64,000 bases of DNA from positions 2,336,001-2,400,000 of the forward strand of contig OZ241907.1 in NCBI GenBank assembly GCA_965203515.1. The letters are read 5' to 3'. Both the position numbers and the translations under genes were made by a program. Every line of letters begins with the position of its first letter. Positions within the stretch are counted from its first letter, which is position 1. Positions 58,001 to 64,000 of the stretch are shown piece after piece. Under the pieces are notes generated by a model. The model was not told the origin of the DNA and ran no database searches. It saw nothing but the letters and a program-made list of their open reading frames with translations. This stretch comes from Spirochaetia bacterium. GTDB lineage: Bacteria; Spirochaetota; Spirochaetia; SZUA-6; Bin103.

Positions 58001-58374
58001 ATGGAAACGGGTGACCGCCGGCTGATCGATGATTATCTGCCGCTCGAGGGCTCAATGCGATCGCGGCGCGCGAGAAGTTGCATCCGCGGCGGTACGTGGA
58101 GATGGTCATTACTGGCCGGCGCGGCGCCCGATCAGCGCGGTGCGGGCCGCGATCTACGCGGCGCTGGCCACCGCCCCCCGGCGCCGACCGCGAAGTGGCG
58201 ATCTCATTCACCGCCGACCGTGACAAACTGTTCGACGCGTGGCGCGCCCTCGCCGACCTGACCGGCCGGATCACCATCAGCGCCAAGGCCGCCTCCACCG
58301 ACCCGCTCGACCGGAACAGACTGGAACACGCCGTCCTCGAACCGCTCCGCGAACTCGGCCTGCTCGATGACTGA
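58001..58374 (+). pseudogene. Chimeric relic: DUF1156 methylase N-terminus joined to a probable DUF499-type C-terminus
   Basis: Spread across three frames: RRLIDDYLPLE / LNAIAAREKLHPRRYVEMV / HYWPARRPISAVRAAIYAAL, then ..VLEPLRELGLLDD stop. Confidence 0.65.
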
Positions 58375-58488
58375 ACGCCGCCGACGGTCGCTTCGGCTCC
58401 TCGACCGGGATCGCCCGGCGGTGAGCAGCTCCGGCCAGCGGTACGGTGCCGTCCTCTCATGGAGAACGGCCGAGTATACTGCCCGGCG

Positions 58489-58878
58489 ATGAAGATCGAA
58501 CACATCGCCTTGAACGTTCCGGACCCGGCCGCGATCGCCGACTGGTACGCCGCCAACCTGGGCATGCGGATCGTGCGCCGGAGCGGGGCGCCGACGTACA
58601 CCACCTTTCTGGCCGACGGCGAGGGCGCCACGGTGCTGGAGCTGTACCGCTTCGACGGCGCGCCCCTGCCCGACTACGCCGCGCAGGACCCGATGGTGCT
58701 GCATCTGGCCTTCACCTCCACGAACGCCGTCGAGCAGGCCAGGGAGCTCGCCGCGGCCGGCGCGCAGTTGCAGGGCGAGCCGTGCGCGACCGGCGGCGGC
58801 GACACGCTGATCTTCCTGCGCGATCCGTGGGGCATCGCCCTGCAGCTGGTGGAGCGAGCCGAGCCGCTGCTGGCGTGA
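58489..58878 (+). CDS. VOC/glyoxalase-family protein
   Basis: IEHIALNVPD; LELY; HLAF; FLRDPWGIALQLV. Confidence 0.9.
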   Translation: MKIEHIALNVPDPAAIADWYAANLGMRIVRRSGAPTYTTFLADGEGATVLELYRFDGAPLPDYAAQDPMVLHLAFTSTNAVEQARELAAAGAQLQGEPCATGGGDTLIFLRDPWGIALQLVERAEPLLA

Positions 58879-60098
58879 TCGCCAGCCGCCGTCCGATCGC
58901 GCTGGGGGCGGTCGGCCACCTGCTGCTGGAGGTCACCAACAACTTCCTGCCGGTCACCTATCCGCTGCTGATGCCGCTGCTGGGGCTGTCGTTCACGCAG
59001 GTCGGGCTGATCGCGCTGGTCCACTCCGCGTGCGGGTCCCTGCCGCAGCCGTGGCTGGGCGCGCTGGCGCAGCGCTGGGGCCCGGAGCGGATCATCGTGC
59101 TCAGCCTGGCGTGGTCGGGCGTGTTCATGGGCTGCATCGGGCTTGCCGGCTCCTTCGGAGGGGCGTTGGCGCTGGCCGGTCTGGGCGGCATCGGCAGCGG
59201 CGCGTTTCATCCCGCCGGTTCGATGAGCGTGGCGGGCGCCGCGGCCGACGGACGGCAGCGGCGCGGGGCGGCCATGTCGCTGTTCTCCGTGGGCGGCAAC
59301 CTCGGCTCGGCGCTGAGCCCGGCCCTGATGGCGGTCGCGCTGGGCCTGTTCGGCCTGCCCGGCACCGGCGCGGCGGTGGTAATCGGCCTGGGCTCGGCGC
59401 TGCTGGTCTGGCGGCTGCTGGCGGGCGGCGCGCCATCGCCGCCGCCAACGGCGTCCCCGCCACGGCGCCTGCGGCCGGAACGCCGCGTCTATCCGGTGCT
59501 GCCGCTGGTCCTGATCGTGACCTTCGCGATGGCGCGCAGCTGGTTCCAGCTTTCGATCGCCAGCTTCCTGCCGACCTGGACCGCCCAATCGCTCGGCTCC
59601 ACGGCCTGGCCGCTGGTGCTGTTCATGGGCTGCGTAGGCGCCGGGAGCCTGTCCGGCGGACGCCTGTCCGACCGCATCGGCCGGACCCGCACGGTCCTGG
59701 GGGCCGCGCTGCTGATGATCCCCGCGCACCTCACCTTCGTCTACGCGCCGCCGACGGCGCAGCTCGCGGCGGTGGCGGTGCTCGGCGCCGGGATGGGAGC
59801 GACCCTGCCGGTCACCATCGTCATGGCGCAGGAGCGCCGGCCGCACGCGACCGGCGTTGCCGCCGGACTGGTGATCGGCCTGGGCGGGCTGCCGGCCGGC
59901 ATCGGCGCGTCGGTGACCGGGTTGCTGGCGGACGCCCTGTCGCTCTACGCCGCGCTGCAGTGGACGGTGCTGGCGCTCGCGATCGGCGCCCTGGCGGTCA
60001 TCGGCCTGGCGTTTCTGGAGCGGGACCGCGGCCGTCCAGCACCTCCGCGCACGCCTCTCGAAACACGGCGAGCGACTCCCGCAGCGCCGCCTCGGTGA
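58875..60098 (+). CDS. MFS transporter (Fsr-like)
   Basis: GSGAFHPAG; SLFSVGGNLG; GGRLSDRIGR. Confidence 0.88.
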   Translation: MIASRRPIALGAVGHLLLEVTNNFLPVTYPLLMPLLGLSFTQVGLIALVHSACGSLPQPWLGALAQRWGPERIIVLSLAWSGVFMGCIGLAGSFGGALALAGLGGIGSGAFHPAGSMSVAGAAADGRQRRGAAMSLFSVGGNLGSALSPALMAVALGLFGLPGTGAAVVIGLGSALLVWRLLAGGAPSPPPTASPPRRLRPERRVYPVLPLVLIVTFAMARSWFQLSIASFLPTWTAQSLGSTAWPLVLFMGCVGAGSLSGGRLSDRIGRTRTVLGAALLMIPAHLTFVYAPPTAQLAAVAVLGAGMGATLPVTIVMAQERRPHATGVAAGLVIGLGGLPAGIGASVTGLLADALSLYAALQWTVLALAIGALAVIGLAFLERDRGRPAPPRTPLETRRATPAAPPR

Positions 60099-61398
60099 TC
60101 ACCAGCGGCGGCGCGATCTTGACGCACTCGCCTGCCACCCCCACCGGCGCGAACAGCAGCAGGCCCTTGCGGAAGCACGCCTGGGTGATCGCCGCCGCGG
60201 TCGCCGCGTCGGGATCGCGCGTGCCGGGCCGCATCACCTGGATGCCGGCGACCAGCCCGCGGCCGTGCAGGCATGCCAGGACCGGCGCGTAGGGTTCGAC
60301 GATGCGGATCAGCTCCGCCATCAGGATGCGGCCCAGCGCCTCGGCCCGCTCGACCAGACGCTCGCGCTCGATCAGGTCGAGGTTGGCCAGCGCCGCCGCC
60401 GCCCCGGCCGGATAGCCGGAGTGGGTCGAGGTCATGGACCCCGGCGGGTACAGGTCCATGATGTCGCGCCGGCCGATCACGGCCGCCAGCGGCAGGCTGG
60501 AGGTGATCCCCTTGCCGCAGGTGATCAGGTCGGGGGTGACGCCGTAGTGTTCGAAGGCGAACATCCGCCCGGTCCGGCCGAAGCCGGACTGCACCTCGTC
60601 GAAGATGGTGACGATGTCGTGTTCGGCCGCGTAGGCGCACAGCGCCTGCGCGTACTCGTCAGGCAGGAAGTCCGGCCCGACCCCCTGGAATGACTCGGTG
60701 ATGATGGCGGCTATCTGGCCGGGTTCCACGCCGGCCTCGGCGAGCGCTGCCGGGAAGGCGGCGAAGGAGGTGTCCGGGTTCTTGAACCCGTCGGGGAACG
60801 GCACGCGGACGAAGGTCGCCCCCTCGCCGGCCAGCCACTCGTGCTGAGCGGCCATGCCGCCGGCGAGCTGCGCCCCCATCGTGCGGCCGTGGAAGGCGTT
60901 GCGGAAGGAGACCACGACCCGCTTGGCCGGCCCGTGCGTCCGCAGGCCGTAGGTCTTGGCCAGCTTGATGGCCGCCTCGTTGGCTTCGCTGCCGGTGGTC
61001 AGCACGAATACCGCGTAGTCGTCCGGGTCCGGGGCGAGCGCCTGCAGGCGCTCGGCGAGGGCGGCGCGCCGTTCGTGCGGGAAGACGTAAGCCGACAGCA
61101 GCGGCCGCGCCGCCGACGCCGCCACGGCGTCGCGGATCTCGCCGCGGCCGTGGCCGGCGTTGGCGATGAGCACGCCGGACGACCAATCGATCCAGGTGTT
61201 GCCCCAGGCGTCGGAGACCTGGAATCGGTCGGCGCGGTCCCAGACGATCGGCGGCTGGCCGGCCATCGAGCGCGGCTCGGCGGCGCGAAGCCGCCTCAGC
61301 ACCGGCAGCGACTCCGGCACCGGCAGCGGCGTGCGGATGCGGCGATGCCTGGTGCGGACCGGCGGCACCTCCGCCGGCTCCAGCGAATACTCAGCCAC
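59998..61398 (-). CDS. Class III PLP-dependent aminotransferase
   Basis: TGSEANEAAIK; AFHGRT; FDEVQSGFGRTG; TCGKG. Confidence 0.93.
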   Translation of the reverse strand: MAEYSLEPAEVPPVRTRHRRIRTPLPVPESLPVLRRLRAAEPRSMAGQPPIVWDRADRFQVSDAWGNTWIDWSSGVLIANAGHGRGEIRDAVAASAARPLLSAYVFPHERRAALAERLQALAPDPDDYAVFVLTTGSEANEAAIKLAKTYGLRTHGPAKRVVVSFRNAFHGRTMGAQLAGGMAAQHEWLAGEGATFVRVPFPDGFKNPDTSFAAFPAALAEAGVEPGQIAAIITESFQGVGPDFLPDEYAQALCAYAAEHDIVTIFDEVQSGFGRTGRMFAFEHYGVTPDLITCGKGITSSLPLAAVIGRRDIMDLYPPGSMTSTHSGYPAGAAAALANLDLIERERLVERAEALGRILMAELIRIVEPYAPVLACLHGRGLVAGIQVMRPGTRDPDAATAAAITQACFRKGLLLFAPVGVAGECVKIAPPLVITEAALRESLAVFREACAEVLDGRGPAPETPGR

Positions 61399-62653
61399 GC
61401 CCGACTTCCGGCGACCCGCCATAGTCGATGCGGGCCGGCGCGCCGGCCGCTGCCAGCGAACGCCGCGCCGCCTCGACCACGTGCTCATTGACGGCGCTGT
61501 TGCACGGCGTGGCGATGAGGCCCTGCCGGTCGATCGCCTGCAGCCGGACGCGCCGTTCGTCGAGCGGCAGCCCGCGCAGAGCGCGGGCGGTGCGCACGCC
61601 GGCGGCCATCGACTCGAAGCCGTAGCCGATCGGCTCCGCTCCGGCGCCGTCCCGCGGCGCCAGGCGGAAGAAGTCGGGGTTCACGAAGTTGAACCGGCTG
61701 CCGCCGGGGCCGGTCGCCGCGGCGTAGGCGTACTCGACGCCGCGGTGCTGATCGTCGTGGTCGATCAGCCCGGAGCGGCCGTCCCCTTCGCAATACAGGG
61801 TCATGCCCTGATCGTTGGAGCCGGCGCCGGCATCGGGATAGCCGAGGCCGGCGCTCACCGACAGGATCGCGCCGTTCTCCCAGTGCACGCGTCCGTGCGC
61901 CCAGAGGTACCCGACGTTGCCGTTGGGAAAGGAGCCGGTCGCGCCGGCGGCGCTCACCAGCACGGGCCGCAGGCCGGTGATGAAGTGGACCAGATCCACG
62001 TAGTGGCAGCCAACGTAGGTGAACGGATCGCTGTGGTCGCAGGTGAACCAGTTCTGAAAGTTGGAGTGGCGGTAGAAGTAGGGCTCGAACATCCGCGCCT
62101 CGCCGTAGGCGAACCGCCCGAAGTCGCCGCGCCGGTACTGGCGCCGGGCTATCAACGATCGCCGGTCGAAGCGCTTGTGGTAGTCGGTCCCCACGAACAG
62201 GCCGCGCTCGGCGGCCAGCCCGCCGATCCTGCGCCCGTGCTCGATGCGCTGCACCAGCGGCTTGACGCTGTAGACGTGCTGGTCGCGCTGCAGCGCGTCG
62301 ACGATGATGCGGTAGTGCAGGTGGTCCGGCACCGCGACGAACACCAGGTGATGCGGGGGGAGCGAATCGAGCGCGCGCCGGTAGGCATCCGGGTCGCGGA
62401 CGCCGGAGGCCGGCTCGGGGCAGGCGGCAAAGCCTTGGCCGGGAAACGATTCGGCCAGCTCCGCGTCGGCGGCGAGCGGCCCCAGCCGCGCGCCGCTGGT
62501 GGCCGCGATCGAGATGGCGCCCACCTCCCCGCACCGCTGCAGGTGGTAGAGCGACGGCAGGATCACGTCGCGCGTGAACATGCCGGCGCCCACCACCACG
62601 ACGTCGAGCGGTCCGCTCGCCTGCGAACTACCGTCGGGCTGCATACTGCTCAT
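61391..62653 (-). CDS. Gfo/Idh/MocA-family oxidoreductase
   Basis: VVGAG; AVPDHLH; VKPL; HKRFD; GCHYVD. Confidence 0.85.
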   Translation of the reverse strand: MSSMQPDGSSQASGPLDVVVVGAGMFTRDVILPSLYHLQRCGEVGAISIAATSGARLGPLAADAELAESFPGQGFAACPEPASGVRDPDAYRRALDSLPPHHLVFVAVPDHLHYRIIVDALQRDQHVYSVKPLVQRIEHGRRIGGLAAERGLFVGTDYHKRFDRRSLIARRQYRRGDFGRFAYGEARMFEPYFYRHSNFQNWFTCDHSDPFTYVGCHYVDLVHFITGLRPVLVSAAGATGSFPNGNVGYLWAHGRVHWENGAILSVSAGLGYPDAGAGSNDQGMTLYCEGDGRSGLIDHDDQHRGVEYAYAAATGPGGSRFNFVNPDFFRLAPRDGAGAEPIGYGFESMAAGVRTARALRGLPLDERRVRLQAIDRQGLIATPCNSAVNEHVVEAARRSLAAAGAPARIDYGGSPEVGRG

Positions 62654-62697
62654 CGACTCTGGCGTGCCCGGGGCGCGGCGCCCGCGCGCGGCGGCCC

Positions 62698-62726
62698 ATG
62701 GTACCGCGCCGCCGAATCCCGGTCAA
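62698..62726 (-). promoter_or_regulatory. Putative sigma70 promoter for the oxidoreductase-aminotransferase pair
   Basis: TTGACC-17 nt-TACCAT. Confidence 0.6.
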
Positions 62727-62783
62727 AATCCGCAGTACCGCCGCACGGCGATCGTGGGATAGCATGACCGGGGAGCCACGACC

Positions 62784-64000
62784 ATGACCGTCGCCGAGAG
62801 GATCGCCGACCGGGCGCGTCAGGAGGGACTCGACCGCTACTTCGGCCTGCCGGGGTCGGGCGCACTGATGGACCTGATGGACGCCGGACGCCGCGCCGGG
62901 CTCGATCTGGTCCTGACCGGCCACGAGTCGAGCGCCGCCATCACCGCCGCCTACTACGGCTACCTGCGCGGCGGCGCCGGACTGGCGATCGGCATCAAGG
63001 GACCGGGAGCCGGCAACCTGGCCGGCGGGGCGGTCAACGCCTTCTTCGAGCGTATGCCGGTCGTTTGCCTGTGCGAGCGGACGCCGGACGGCGGCCGCGC
63101 CGACATCGCCCAGCGGTGCGATCAGGAGCCGCTGTTCGCGCCGGTGGCCAAGGCCGCCCTGGAGATCGACGCGGCCGGCGACCCCGGCGCCGCCATCGAC
63201 GCCGCCTTTGCCGCCGCCGCGGCCGGCCGGCCGGGACCGGCCCTCCTGCAGTGGCCCTCCGACCTGGGGCAGGCCGACGCCGGCAGCGGCCGGACCGAAC
63301 GGCCGGCGGCGCGGCTGGGCGGACCGCCCCCGGACCCGGCGGCGCTGGCCCGCGCGGCGCGGCTGGCCGGCGGCTGGCGGCGGCCGGTCGTGATCCTGGG
63401 CCCGGACATCGCCCGCGCCGGCGCCGGCGGCGCCGTGCGCGCGCTGATCGACCGGATGCGGCCGGCGGTGCTGCTGGGCTTCCACGCGCGCGGCCTGATA
63501 CCGGAGGACGATCCGCGCTTCGCCGGCGTGTTCATGGCGCTGCCGGGATCCAACGTGCTGGCCAACCGCATCCTGGCCGAGTCCGACGGCGCGCTGCTGA
63601 TCGGCGTCGACGGCCTGGCGGTGGAAGGCGCATGGGACACCGGTGGCGGCCCGCCCACCTGCGAGCTGGTTGCGCTGCCGGAGTTCGAGACGGTATCGCC
63701 GTCGCCCGCAGCGCGCGTCGACGGCGACCTCGGCGCCTCGCTTGCGGCCCTGACCGCCGCCTTGCCGACCCGGACCGACCCGGGCTTCCCGCCGGAACGG
63801 GTGGCCGCCATCCGCGCCGAGGTCCTGACGCGCTGCTTCACCCGGCCGCCGGACGCGCGCCTCGCCGCCCAGGACGTGGTGGCGGTCGCCCGCGAGCTGC
63901 TGCCGGAGGACGGCATCCTGGTCTCCGAGACCGGCATCTTCATCCTGATGCTCGACCACCTGTGGCCGGTGACCCGGCCGGACACCTTCTTCGGCACCGG
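62784..64000 (+). CDS. Thiamine-diphosphate-dependent enzyme (ALS-like superfamily), runs off the window
   Basis: Not in the ORF track. Manual translation MTVAERIADRARQEGLDRYFGLPGSG..TGHESSAAITAA..GPGAGNL. Confidence 0.85.
   Translation, partial: MTVAERIADRARQEGLDRYFGLPGSGALMDLMDAGRRAGLDLVLTGHESSAAITAAYYGYLRGGAGLAIGIKGPGAGNLAGGAVNAFFERMPVVCLCERTPDGGRADIAQRCDQEPLFAPVAKAALEIDAAGDPGAAIDAAFAAAAAGRPGPALLQWPSDLGQADAGSGRTERPAARLGGPPPDPAALARAARLAGGWRRPVVILGPDIARAGAGGAVRALIDRMRPAVLLGFHARGLIPEDDPRFAGVFMALPGSNVLANRILAESDGALLIGVDGLAVEGAWDTGGGPPTCELVALPEFETVSPSPAARVDGDLGASLAALTAALPTRTDPGFPPERVAAIRAEVLTRCFTRPPDARLAAQDVVAVARELLPEDGILVSETGIFILMLDHLWPVTRPDTFFGT

Noticed and set aside
56242..58480. Mobile-element boundaries around the defence relic
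   Set aside because: No integrase, transposase, terminal inverted repeats or target-site duplication were seen by eye.

Overview
Window from a very GC-rich bacterium (roughly 70% GC by eye, not computed), most likely Spirochaetota. The evidence is the Rpo[11 protein letters not shown] motif, the EF-Tu [10 protein letters not shown] motif, the RpoA N-terminus and the secY-rpmJ adjacency. About 29.5 kb (6.6-36.1 kb, minus strand) is one uninterrupted translation/transcription supercluster: tRNA-Thr, rpmG, tRNA-Trp, secE-nusG, rplKAJL, rpoBC, str, S10, spc and alpha. To its left are der, a GerMN gene, ymdB and rny. To its right are rsmD-recG-yggT-dnaE and a divergent peptidase-ligA-kinase operon. 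The right 17 kb is accessory: a GldA/F/G-like + DUF4340 ABC system, an unknown repeat protein, GGT-MFS, and a small catabolic cluster. It also holds the most interesting element, a ~1.9 kb remnant of an SNF2-helicase/DUF3883 + DUF1156 methylase + DUF499-type defence operon. This remnant appears collapsed by several internal deletions and surrounds an intact heptad-repeat membrane protein. Other oddities are S12 with both K42R and P90A, a frameshifted rpsK (probably an assembly error) and a 33-bp tandem duplication in ligA. No CRISPR array, rRNA or transposase was seen. All family assignments come from motif recognition by eye, not database searches.
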